A DNA stretch of 53,223 nt, the filler included, from Diploschistes diacapsis (lineage: Eukaryota), in the NCBI GenBank assembly GCA_023645945.1. It is 3 parts of 3 records of this genome, joined end to end, with 100 filler letters (N's around TTAATTAATTAA, not from the genome) between each part and the next. Parts side by side here need not be neighbours in the genome. Positions count along the whole stretch, not along the records: positions 1 to 17,702 come from JALAIB010000443.1; 2 more parts are not named here. One strand, 5' to 3'. Below the pieces are notes generated by a model. That model saw only the letters and a program-made list of their open reading frames with translations. It did no database searches and was not told the origin of the DNA. Positions 1 to 11,212 of the stretch are shown piece by piece. Position numbers and translations under genes: made by a program. Every line of letters begins with the position of its first letter. The first letter of the stretch is position 1.

Positions 1-8
1 CCCCTCAC

Positions 9-2036
9 CTAGAAGTCAAACCTCTCCTTCCCCCTCCGAACAAACCGAACGGGAATATACGTCCCACCCCTCAACTGGATCGTAATAACCACCCCCATCC
101 TCTCCCTCATCTTCTCATTCGCCTTCTCACACGCCTTGTCCCAAATCTCCCTCCTCTCCCCCTCACCCATCCTTTCAACTTCCGCATCACTCGCCCACTC
201 GTCCACGGCCAGCTCCACGCTCCACTGGCTCATGATGAGCGCCAAGACCGCCAGGATCTCCACCTGCGCGAACCGCCGCCCGATGCACGACCGGAAGCCC
301 TCAGAGAAGGGAATGTAGGAGCCCTTTTCGGGCTTGAAGAGCGAGGCCGCCATGTCGGCCGCCGTGTTGACGCCTAGGCCCTCCGTCTCCGTGGAGCGTG
401 CGAGGGCGTTGGGGGCGAGGCTGTTGGGGGCGAGGCTGGTGCCTTTTGCCTGCTGCGTAGGAGAGGTTTTGGCCGGGTCGTCGAGGAGCCAGCGTTCCGG
501 GCGGAATTCTTCGAGGTCGTTGTCGGTGTTGGAGGTTGGGTGGACGCGGCGCGTGGGGTGCGTCGGCGGACCGGCGGGCCAGTAGCGCGGGTTGCGGTGG
601 ACGCAGACGGCGGAGAGGTTGACGAGGGTCTTTGCAGGGACGGTGTACTCGCGGCCATCAATGGTGAGGGTTTGCGGCGCGGTGGGCATCTTCGGGATGT
701 GGATGGCCGGTGGGATCAGGCGCAGGGCTTCGTTCATGACGGCGCCGGTCATGCCGCCGAAGAGGTGCGGGAGGTCCTGCTCGTAGTCCCATTCCTCCGG
801 CTTGCGGCCTTGAAAGATGTTGTCCAGGTCGGCCTGCAGGCGGCGCTGCGAGGCCGTGCACATGGCGAGGTATGTGAGGCAGAAGTGGATGGTGTTTGCG
901 GTCGTTTCGTGGCCGGCGAGGATGAAGACGAAGGCGTTGCCCATGATTTCGTCGTCGCTTAAGGTCTCGGCTTCTCCTTTCTCGAGAGAGTTGTCGGCGC
1001 CGTAGCCTGCGGATTTGACCAGAGCGCCCATTAGATCCATGCCGCCTTCGTCGCTGAGTCCGGACGCCAGTTCGATTTTCTTCTCCTGCACCATTTCTTT
1101 CATGTATTTACCCCACTCGACGTATGATTGCCAGGCCAATTGGGCATTTTTGAATGGGAGACGTTCTGGATAATCTTAGCGTATCTTTTTGAGATCGAAG
1201 GTACCATACTTACTCAGCAGCCAGTGAGGCAGCGCAACCACGAAAGTAACGTTGTGCAAGAGGTTTTCGAGAGCCTGCGTGTAAGTCATGCTGTGTCCTG
1301 CACCGAGCTTGGTGGAGTCCATCTCGCTGGCTTCCGCTAACTTTTCACCTCCCGCGGTAGTCTGGATCCCAGGCCACAGCAGCCTAACACCAAAACCGGC
1401 ACGGCTGATAACGTGGAGAGTAAGGCGCATACAGTCGTGGGCCACGCTATCAATTGTGCGATTCTCGTTTCCGTCGTTGCCAGTCCAGCTTCTGATCATA
1501 TAGGAGCCTTGCGCCAAGCTCTCCGACCACACCAGATGATTGTTCTTCTCGGTAAAAGGCGGACTTGTAATCTTTCTATGCCTTCTCCACAGATGGCCTT
1601 CCACGCTCACCAAGTTCCGGCCATAGATGTTGAGCGCATGATACATATGGCCAGGCTTAGGAAAGTCAATCCGTCTCGTTGTCATCTGACTGATGGCCTC
1701 TGCGTTTGCACACCACAACATGCAACCACCAGGAGACACAGTCAAATATGTTGCTGCATCGTTACCATCGTAATTTGAAAACAGATTGTCCCAAGAGTGC
1801 ATCGAGCTTATTCTCGAGGACCAAAGCGGCCTGTATTTCTCGGGCAGCATCTTGAAGAGGCGGACCACAGGCTGATTGAGGACAAGCCATAGTCGCCCAA
1901 AGACGAAGACAGGTACCACGATGTAAGGTAAGCCGGATGCTTTGGCCGCATCAATGTTCTTCTTCCATTGCCATAACAGGTTCAAGGCCCAGTAGGCGCA
2001 CAAAGCACCTCCTGCGAGGAGCACGACTGGATACAT
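9..2036 (-). CDS. Cytochrome P450 monooxygenase (~659 aa; 2 exons, intron 1166-1213)
   Basis: N-terminal membrane anchor, AGHETT I-helix, EALR (ExxR), PERW and FSEGFRSCIG heme motif. A 48-nt GTAAGT...CTAAG...CAG intron joins ORFs 1176-2036 and 9-1139 in frame (823+1157 nt = 660 codons). Confidence 0.95.
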
Positions 2037-3448
2037 TGTGCTGTCTCCAATACTAGAGCTTGGCTTTTTGCTTCAGGATGATCTAATGTGTTGAACAGTC
2101 AGGAACAAGGCTGACTATGCTAATGGTGGAGTCTCTGCTAACAAGGTTACTATGAATAATTGTAGTGGCGCGGTAAGAAAACCTCGGAAACCAAGTCAGG
2201 AGGCGCAGCACCTATGGGTTCTGACATGTGCAAGGGCGGGGATAGAAATCGGAGTAGGTGAAGGGTTGATGAAAGGGTTGAAGGAGCAAGACGTGTGTTA
2301 AGAAGATTGAATATGTCGCTTTGTCTTCATTCTGCAGGGACGATGATTTCTCAAGTGGCCCAGTGGCCAGTGCATCATTCGATGTATCCATGGCAGCACC
2401 CATCGGCCTTCGTAGGAAGGCGGGATGGTTCCCATACGAGGAAACGGCTTGCATGCGATAGTACTTTGGGTTAGCTCAGTCACGATGCATTGTTGCTGTA
2501 GTATTGGTCGTAAAGTAAGATCGCACTTGATTTCTTGGTGGGAGTTTTTCATGATCGATCATGATGCCTCCCTCGGCTTTGATCGTAAACCATACCCAAA
2601 CAAGCCATATGCTTTTCATGCCTTCAAGCCTGCATGCCGCTAAAATCCGAAGATCCTACAGTCATCCCCAGCGTAGTATTTTACAGTATTACGCCTACTG
2701 TCCATTCGTTCTCAGATGACTTGAGTAGATGAGGCATAATGATAGCGAGCTCGGTCTGTTGGATCACATCTGCCCAATCAAGGTTCCCTCGGAAGACTCG
2801 CTTCCGCTTGACGCAAAAGTTCGTACCGCACGCAAAGTCTCAACCACCAACGAAGTAAATCCTGTCCGTCAGAATACCAGAATAGTTTACCAATATGAAT
2901 TCGCCAGCTAGCATCCTGAGGCCGTCTATGATTCGATGTCATTGTTGATCTCTCGAAGCTTTTGCTCGGTACATAAACTAGGTATCCAATCCATGCCAGC
3001 GCTTCAAACGAAGGACAAGCTTAGGTAATCGGTGAAATGCGGTGGATGTTGTCTCAGCCCTGTAGCATGCGACCTATTTTCTCTCATCATAACTGTGCTG
3101 TAATGGTAATGGCCATTCTCTGCTCGTTGAATTACTCTGTCGCTTGGGTCTCGACACTCCAATGAACCTCCAGAAGCAGTCTCTGCTTCCATATAGTGTA
3201 ATTCAGCTAATCTTTCCTGCCACACTCTCGACGATGACCATGTGTCCATGCCCAGTCTGCTACCTTTGGAAGTGTTGCTCGTTGATGGACACAAATGCTG
3301 TGAACACCCTTACGATTCTAGTTATGCTCCGAAGGAAGTGGTCTTCTTATGCTTGTGTAGTCGGGTTGTTTTTCTGTGATGCTCGAGAATCATCAGCATA
3401 GCTGGTCGCTGCCACAAGGAGAATGGCCGTTCTCAATACTCTCCCTCA

Positions 3449-3488
3449 TATACCTCGTTATCCCCTATACCTCGTTATCCCTTATACC
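3449..3488. repeat. 17-bp tandem repeat (TATACCTCGTTATCCCY x2.3)
   Basis: Units read directly at 3449-3465 and 3466-3482, plus a partial unit at 3483-3488. Confidence 0.85.
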
Positions 3489-4844
3489 AGGCCACTGATC
3501 GACTTTACCTTTTACGTTCAGAGATGGATATGTATCTGGATGTAACCGCTTGAGGCTGAATTGGAAGGTAGTTCTCCGCATGTTGACCCGCTTACCATCA
3601 TGGCTGCAAATTCTTTGCCTGAAATACCTTTCTGAGTTGCTTGCTCACCGGTGCTGCACTGCACTAAAATGCTCGACCCGGTCTTTTATCATTTTACAGC
3701 TTCTGCTCTTTGTCGCTATGGACTCAATTTAGTTGTATGGGTGGATTTGCTGGCCTAGGGATATTCAGGGACAACCTTCATGGGAAACACAGAAAAGCGT
3801 TCAAAAACTCCAATGGTGATACCAGAGTTCTTTTCTCTCCACCATTCTCAGTAGGACTCTGGTTCAATCCCGGCTGCATTCACAAATCTTATCCAAATCT
3901 AAAGGCATACATGCGCCACTATTGAAGGCCAAAGGAAGGCCAAAGGAAAGCAAAGAAAAAATAAGAAATACAAAACATGACCCTTCAGATGAGGATTATT
4001 GGGTGTCCCCTAGCCTCATTGAAGAATTTTCAGTCCCATGCTCCCAGCTTGAAGCTGGTCACTAGGCCAGCCCCTTTCGTTGCCATCGCAGTCACTCGGA
4101 AAGAAGGTTAGCTCGCTAGTGTTTTGACCATAGCAGAGGCGTCCCACTGCACTATACCACCAGGTGGTTGGATATTATCAACGTATTCTACATTATAAAC
4201 ACTTCGCCTTTCAAGCTTACTGATCTCCTTCTCGCTTTTCACCTCTTTTCCAAGTAATTCGCAACTCTGATTTTATACTCTAGTACTGGGATATTCATTT
4301 CAACCAAGCTTTTCTTTAAGCCCATATCTACACTTCCTTGTACATCCGGGGCTTGTGCAATGAATGTATCACCCGCCTAATGCTCAAGCAGAGATACTTT
4401 CTCTTTGTAGCAGAAAGAGATTACATTAATAAACTGATTTCTAGTTTCAATCCCAGAATACTGCTCTTTTGAGCTACAGTATCTGAGATCCCTAGAATCC
4501 TCCGTCTTCTCTTCCTATCCCGTACATATTATTTCGAGCTTTGCATTTGGTGCCAGCGCGGCCCTTGGCGGCACCTTGAAATATCTCCAGGATCTAAGAG
4601 TTTTTTCCGTCCATCAACTCTTCGGACATAGCAGTCTCTTCGAAGCAGGTACTAGCTTCACAGTCGATTACGCAGGAGATTGAACCATTTCCTCATCGAA
4701 GATTAGCTGCTTACTATACTTATCTGTATAATGCTTATTCGATATGTTCTCTATTCCTCAGCTCCTCTCACACAACGATAGCTCCACCAACAATTCAGCC
4801 GCGGCAAAGAATATGCAAAGAACCAAACCAAAACCCTTTGCACC

Positions 4845-5303
4845 TCACTGCACCACACAATCACCATCCATCGACATCTCTACGTCCCCGTCTTCCGCAA
4901 CATCCAACATCTCCACATCATCGTCGGCGTAGTCTCCAGAATCAACAGCATCGGACATGTCCGCATCGCAATCCATCTCTATCTCCACGTCCGACGTATA
5001 TGGGGGGTGGTCATAGGAATCGGGTTCAATGTCCCGCATCTCAACATCGTATGCCGCCTGGCCCAGCCGAGCAACAACAGCAGCAGCTTCAAGAGCTGTG
5101 GAGAGTAGGAGGTGATAGGTCTCGGAGAGGAGGTAGTAGGTCTCGCAGTCCACTATGAGCTCCATCGTGGATCGGGGATTCTGAGGCTCCCCAGTATGCC
5201 GTGGTGGTGGATGTGGGTGGAGCGAGTGGGCTTCTGAAGCACCTCGACGTCCTGTGGTGGCGTTGTAGGTGGTCAAGTGGGTATGGGGACAGTGAGCATA
5301 CAT
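4845..5303 (-). CDS. Possible small acidic hypothetical protein (start may be ATG at ~5164)
   Basis: 152-aa ORF with a D/E-rich C-terminus containing recurring DVEM-like motifs. No family recognised. Confidence 0.3.
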   Translation of the reverse strand: MYAHCPHTHLTTYNATTGRRGASEAHSLHPHPPPRHTGEPQNPRSTMELIVDCETYYLLSETYHLLLSTALEAAAVVARLGQAAYDVEMRDIEPDSYDHPPYTSDVEIEMDCDADMSDAVDSGDYADDDVEMLDVAEDGDVEMSMDGDCVVQ

Positions 5304-5682
5304 AGGAGAAGAGAAGGATTGTGGGATCAGTGTGACGCTGTGCTTGGACTACCGTGATATGCTTCAAGTCGTCGTAAATGGTGGACAATGCTTTTTTTCG
5401 ATCGCTGCTGCTGGTTGTAATGCTGCTTATGCTTAATCTTAGGGATGCTTCGGATGCACAGTCGATGAATTGAACTTATTGAAGGGTTTTGGAATGATGG
5501 GCACTTCATCATGGGCACTCAGGAAGTTATAAAGGGGTTTCTGGACGCTTTGGGCAAGTCCTATTTCGAAGAGGACTGGATGTCAGGAGCGGGACTGAGA
5601 CTGGCCTTGGCACGGCGACGCTTTGATCAGATATTAAGCAAGATCAGTAAAGCCTTGATCCTCATAAGATCTTCGAGACTAT

Positions 5683-7295
5683 CTACTCGCTCTCGCTGGC
5701 CTCCTCGTCAGACTCGGCGGCCTTCTTCTTCTTCCCTCTCCCCTTTCCCTTTCCCTTCTTCTCGTCCTTCTCCGCTTTCCTGTCTACCTGGTCCTGAATT
5801 TTCTTCCTCTCCTCTTCTCCCTTGGCCGCCAGCTCCTTCTCCAACTTCCTAAACTCCTCGCTCTCGGCATCCATCCCAATCAACCCCTCCAACAACTTAA
5901 TCTCGCTCGCCCACACCCCCTTATCCTCAACCGGCTTTCCATTAGCATCCTTACGATCAATCGGCGTCTCCAACACCATCGGCAAGCCCTCAAACCTCTT
6001 CTCATTCATCACACAATGAAACGCCCTAAGCCCCAAAAAACCCATACCAATATTCTGATGCAGATCCCTGTGCGACCCGAACGGCGCCTTGGAATCGTTC
6101 AAATGCAGCGCCTTCAGATACTTGATCCCCACCACCCTATCGAACGCGTCGAGCGTCGCCCTGAACGTCTCCGCCGTCCGCACATCGTACCCCGCCGCAA
6201 AGACGTGGCACGTATCCATGCACACGCCCACACGCGCCTTGTCCTCCACGCCCGCAATGCAGTCCCGCAGGTCCTCGAACGTAGACCCGATCGCGTTCCC
6301 GCCGCCGGCCATCGTCTCGAGCACCGGCACGACCGTCCGGGTCGCCTTGTGCGCCCTATTCAACGCTGCCGCGATCCTCGAGATGGCCTCCGCCCGGGGA
6401 TGCGCGCCCGTGTTGCCCGGGTGGAAGTTGTAGAGTCGGATGCCCAGGCTCTCGCAGCGGTGCAGGTCGTCGATGAAGGAGGCGTAGGCCTGCGAGGCCT
6501 TGTCCGGCTCGGCCTGCGCGAGGTTCACGAGGTAGGAGCCGTGCGGCAGGACGTGCTCGGATGCGGAGTAGGTGTGGGTTTTGCAGTGGGCGTGGAACTG
6601 GTCACGGTGGCTGTCTTGCAGGGCCGGGTTGTCCCATTTGCGCTGCGACTTGAGGAAGAGGGCGAAGGCGTTGCCGCCTATGTGCAGGCAGTTGGGGATG
6701 CTGTTGTGGACGCCTTGGGGGAGGAGTCAGTGGTTTGGGAAAAGGTGGTAAGGGAGTGGAGGCGAGGGCGGAACGAACCTCCAGCACCGCTGACGTGCGC
6801 GCCTACGAACATCTTGATGCCCTGCGTGCGGGCAGCGAGGGGGAGCATTTCGGCGGCTTTCTCTTCTTTGGTTTTGCGCTTTTGCTTTGGCGGTTTTTTG
6901 ACGTCGGCCTCGGACTCTTGTTCATTCTCCTCCTTGACAGCCTCCTTGACCGTCTTTGCTTTTTTCTGCCCTTTGCCTGAGGGCTTCGTTGTATTGACTT
7001 TGACTTCTTCTATTTCTTCAACAATGGCAGGCTCATGCGCCTTCTTTGTCTCCTTCACCTTCCGCGTAGATTTGACCTCGGTCCGAGACTTCTTTGGTGC
7101 AGCAATTTCGACTTTCTCGATGTGCGCTTCAACAAGCGTATATGCTGCAGAATCTTCGTACTTGACTTCCGCTTTGGTCCTTGTTGATCTTCTGGGTGTG
7201 GCGGATGTCGCTTTCGTCCCTGCTTCGTCTGCGATTCGAGTTTTCTTCGAGGATCTTGGTGATTCTGGCGTTTGCGCTGCTTTTCGCTTGGGCAT
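5683..7295 (-). CDS. APN1: Apurinic/apyrimidinic endonuclease, endonuclease IV family (intron 6714-6778; alternative ATG at 7304)
   Basis: GAHVSGAGG|VHNS across a GTTCGT...AAG intron; LPHGSYLVNL, YNFHPG, LETMAG, CMDTCH, HLNDSK, DLHQNIG, VLETP. K/E-rich N- and C-terminal extensions. Confidence 0.95.
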
Positions 7296-7769
7296 TGCGG
7301 GCATTACAGTAGCTGCAGAATCAAATGTGCCTTTCACTCGATGAAAAGCTATGGCGTGGTAAAGGCTTGATGGTCTAATAGCAAACGAGAGCTCGATGCC
7401 GACGTCCAATTTCCAATCCTTATCTTTACGAAGTCACAAGAAGGGATGATGCCACTAGCTGTTCATCGATGGGGAGAATACGCGTTTGGTATCTACGCGT
7501 TCCTATGCTGAAGGATTGCATGGACCGTGGAATCTGGTAAATCCTACCAAAACCACACCGGGTTCAAACGAGCTTGTTCATCTACAGCGTTAGTTTGGGT
7601 GAACGTTGAGCAGTGGGAATCATTTATTCTAGACGCGGCTAGGAATGTAACGTCAATCCTCGACAACTCCGAGAGAAACTCCTAGCGTCTACTCACCCAC
7701 GGCTCCCATCAGCTTTACCCCTGCTCTTGAATACAAAAGCCTCGTGGAGTTCTTAGTGTCTCAACAGCC

Positions 7770-8939
7770 ATGCGCTTAAAGTCCGTATTGACTCTCGCTA
7801 TACTCCATGGCAGCCAAAGGGCGCTCTCCATCTCCTGTGGCTCTGGCCCCGTCTACTCCAATGACTCGCCAACAGCTTCCATTCCTTTCTCTAAATGGCC
7901 AGACTACTCATTTCCCGAAAACAATGCCATTCTCAACTTCTCGATCCAGACCAATCTCTCTTCCTCGGCTCATTACTTCGAGGCAGCAATGGACACGGGC
8001 TCAACAGGGCTGGCCATATCTGCGCTGGACCTAGGTCTCAAAGGAGCCGACTTCAGTCTCTATCCAAAAGGCACCGAGTATCTGAGCAGCAGTCGACGAT
8101 TATGGCAGGGCTACTGGGTGCCTTCGAACATCACATTCCCAGCTGATGTAGGCAACGTAACGGCACAGGTACCTATCTTACTTGTCGTTCGCAATGGAAC
8201 TTGCTACAATTTCACAAACGGTGACTGTACCGATCTGAGACGGGCGGTCGAGTGGCCGACTGGCATCAAGTACATGGGCGTTGGATTCGGTCGTGGTAGC
8301 GATGAGCAGCCTCAGGCCTTGCCTGATAAAGTACTGTTCATTAATGTTGTATCTATAAACTGTACCAAGGTTGATATGCATGCCGGTTATATCATCACCC
8401 AGCAAGGCGTTCAAGTCGGCTTGACTGCAACAAACACGGCGGGTTTCAACGTTACAAAGCTGGATCTTAGTCCGCAGTCGCTTTCTCTATTGGACTGGAA
8501 AATGGTGAACATGTCAATTGGAATAGATAATTCTACCTGGAATCATGGTCAAGCTTTGTTCGATACTGGCATATCGCAGTCTTATATAAGAGTCGACCAA
8601 GCAACGTATGATCGTACACAAACGGAATTCTTTAACGGCCACAACGTTTTGAAGCCCGGCAGCAGGGTCAGCGTGATCGTTGGAGATGTGTCGAGCCCGA
8701 TCGCGTATTACAATGTCGTCGCAAACGATACTGAAAATCCACTAAACCCCGCCCTGGGCCAGTACGTGCTCGAGAAGCCGTCGGCCACAAAGGCACCTTT
8801 CATCAACACTGGGCGGTCCTTCTACAAAGGCTTCGATGCGATGCTTGATGCAGAATGTGGCTGGTTTGGCCTCCGATCGAACAGCGCGCCTCAGCTTGAA
8901 TCTTGGGTCGATGTTACGCAGCAAAAGCTAGAGTTGTGA
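7770..8939 (+). CDS. Secreted aspartic-protease-like protein (pepsin-like bilobed fold), intronless, 389 aa
   Basis: Signal peptide-like N-terminus; two catalytic-type motifs MDTGSTG (D75) and FDTGIS (D265), each followed by a hydrophobic-Gly motif (YMGVG; FINTG); many N-glycosylation sequons. Confidence 0.8.
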   Translation: MRLKSVLTLAILHGSQRALSISCGSGPVYSNDSPTASIPFSKWPDYSFPENNAILNFSIQTNLSSSAHYFEAAMDTGSTGLAISALDLGLKGADFSLYPKGTEYLSSSRRLWQGYWVPSNITFPADVGNVTAQVPILLVVRNGTCYNFTNGDCTDLRRAVEWPTGIKYMGVGFGRGSDEQPQALPDKVLFINVVSINCTKVDMHAGYIITQQGVQVGLTATNTAGFNVTKLDLSPQSLSLLDWKMVNMSIGIDNSTWNHGQALFDTGISQSYIRVDQATYDRTQTEFFNGHNVLKPGSRVSVIVGDVSSPIAYYNVVANDTENPLNPALGQYVLEKPSATKAPFINTGRSFYKGFDAMLDAECGWFGLRSNSAPQLESWVDVTQQKLEL

Positions 8940-9789
8940 AGGTCAAGCTCGGAAAAACTTCATATGATATAAATTGATGATTTCTGAACGCAAGTGTCAT
9001 GTTGTTGACGAATCACAACTCTCTACGGCTAGCTCCTTGTCGAAGTTCAAAAGGCCGTCGTTGTTTGTTCTTTATGTCATTGGAGTGACTTTCCATAGTT
9101 CAGGTAAAGGGTTCGTACGTAGCTGCACTGCTGGCAAGGCTTCCACGTCAGTTCAACAGCAAAGCGGTCTGACTAGCTATTCCAGCGAAATGCATCAATC
9201 GTTGCAACCAGGGATGAGGGAAACCGACAGCCGGATACAACGCAATCCAACGGTGTGTTCAGAGAACCTGCAATGTCGACGTTTAGGTACACCCAAAAGC
9301 TCAGACCCACACCACGCCTTTAGATGCAAATATGAAAGAAACTTGGGGTAATATATCTCTGTCCTTGATTTTCTACCTGCATCTTTCAACTTCGAAATTC
9401 TTTCGGCAACCTTCTAATACTTTGTTACACAGGTGCGAATTTGCAGCGATCATTGGGTTTCCCATTTATACGGTCATATAAACCACAGCCTTGAAGCAGC
9501 TCACAATATCTTCTCAAGTTTGTTGCATAAGTTAAGTTGTAGCGGAGGATTAAAGGTTGTTCCAATAATACTATTGATGCTTAGTTATCCACCTAAAACA
9601 AGGTATGGAGTGGAATTTATCCATGAAAGCATACCTCTTGGGTCGTGACTTTCTATTGATACCGGCTAGTAGGCTCGGGGCACTAGTCCAATGCAAGCAT
9701 GCGTAAAGGGGACCAACGCAACCAGTTATCCAACAACTCTGATCACTCTTCTGTGGAAAACCCCCCGAACGATACATCCAGGAACATCA

Positions 9790-10248
9790 TCAGGGTGGAA
9801 GGGGCCAAACTCGCCGCAAAAGTCGACCGACTCGCTTGAACTTCGAAGGGTCGATCCCGTGACGCGAAGCCACCAGCTCAAGCTTGTGGTCTCTGCTGGG
9901 ATTCACCACCTCCCGAACGGACCTATAATGCGGGGCTTTGCAGAGCTTAGCGGCCGTGGTGTAGAACATCCGGCGCGAAGTGAACTTGGCCACCATGTAT
10001 GCATATACGAAGGCGTTCCGAGCAGTGAAAGGCGGCAGACTGTCGATGGGAAAGCCACCGTGCCGCGCTCGGCTGATGGTGAAGAACACGTCGGACCTCT
10101 CGCTGAGCTTCTCCAGAGACGTCCTTGCGGCTCGACATTCCTCCAGCTCCTCACGCAGTCGCTCTTCGTGCCATGCAGATGGTGTTTGGCTTGGCAGGCC
10201 CAGGAAGTTGTGCCAATGCCTCAATAACGTTTCCAATTTGGAGCTCAT
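9790..10248 (-). CDS. Small all-alpha protein with a MazG-like NTP pyrophosphohydrolase motif (152 aa)
   Basis: ATG-initiated intronless ORF. REELEEC...LSERSDVFF gives E34xxE37-x12-E50xxD53, and a later KFTSRR segment supplies basic residues. Function is inferred from the motif only. Confidence 0.65.
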   Translation of the reverse strand: MSSKLETLLRHWHNFLGLPSQTPSAWHEERLREELEECRAARTSLEKLSERSDVFFTISRARHGGFPIDSLPPFTARNAFVYAYMVAKFTSRRMFYTTAAKLCKAPHYRSVREVVNPSRDHKLELVASRHGIDPSKFKRVGRLLRRVWPLPP

Positions 10249-11212
10249 CTTCGTGAGAATATAGGTACAACAGCTTGGTAGGTGTAGTAGGTAAGAAAAC
10301 AGGTAAAATAGCTTAGTAGGTATAGCTTGTATGATTTATCTTGCAAGCTTTGGGATTAGTTGGCAGGATGGGTTAGACTTTAAATATATGTGAAAAGCCG
10401 CATTTTCGCTCGAAAACGGGATAGGACCGCACAGTGTAGTCCAGGCAGGAAAGCTGTAGGAAAGCATTTGTGGTTTAACGAGCCTGTATGGGGTGAATTA
10501 CAGGCATGCAATGTCTAATCCTTGACAAAGGCAGTAACAACAGGAGTCATACATTGTAGAAGCCAGTTTTTCAATTCGATCGAGCCCACCACCAGTGCGT
10601 CGTCGGTAAAAAGTCAATAACGGCTCCATTGAATGACCCGCCAATCAGTAAATCTGAATATACAGACATCAAGTATTTTTATAGAAAATATATAACCAAG
10701 TTCTGTGTGCTAGTCCACATAATCGCAATTGTGACATTATGCATATCTTTAGATACCATACTTATATATAGTAGCCTGCCTTCGTGCACCAGCAGGGTAC
10801 TTGATACGTTTGCATGCGGAAACATTGCAGCTATGTCAAAGGCAACCAGACCGCTTAGATGATTTGCTAGCGATTGTGAACATCAGAACGTGGAAAACCA
10901 AGGCAGATCTGAGACTCTAATGGGGCAGAGGCATGGGCAAATATGAACCGACTGCAGGCCGTAGAGCTTAGCAGCCGCAGCGTCAAATACTCATGCAGGC
11001 AAAGTAGCCGAAGGGGCAAACATCCCCAACGTTATCCACGATCGGCTTGAGCAAGCTGTATGAGGTAATCAAGGATAGGGGATGGGGTTATATCTTTCTA
11101 TCTCCTCTCCTCTTTAGCATGTCTCGATACTCATAATCTTATCATCACTAAGCAGCGTCTCAGCACCCGTTTCCTATCTACCATTTTTACCCGTATTCAA
11201 GTGTTAGCGGTC

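Noticed and set aside
3449..3488. Short direct repeats as a CRISPR-like array
   Set aside because: Head-to-tail tandem copies with no spacers, in a eukaryotic context without cas genes.
6016..7344. 442-aa plus-strand ORF
   Set aside because: Antisense shadow of GC-rich APN1 with no recognisable motifs.
9691..10227. 178-aa plus-strand ORF overlapping the MazG-like gene
   Set aside because: Antisense to the better-supported minus-strand ORF; composition is not protein-family-like.
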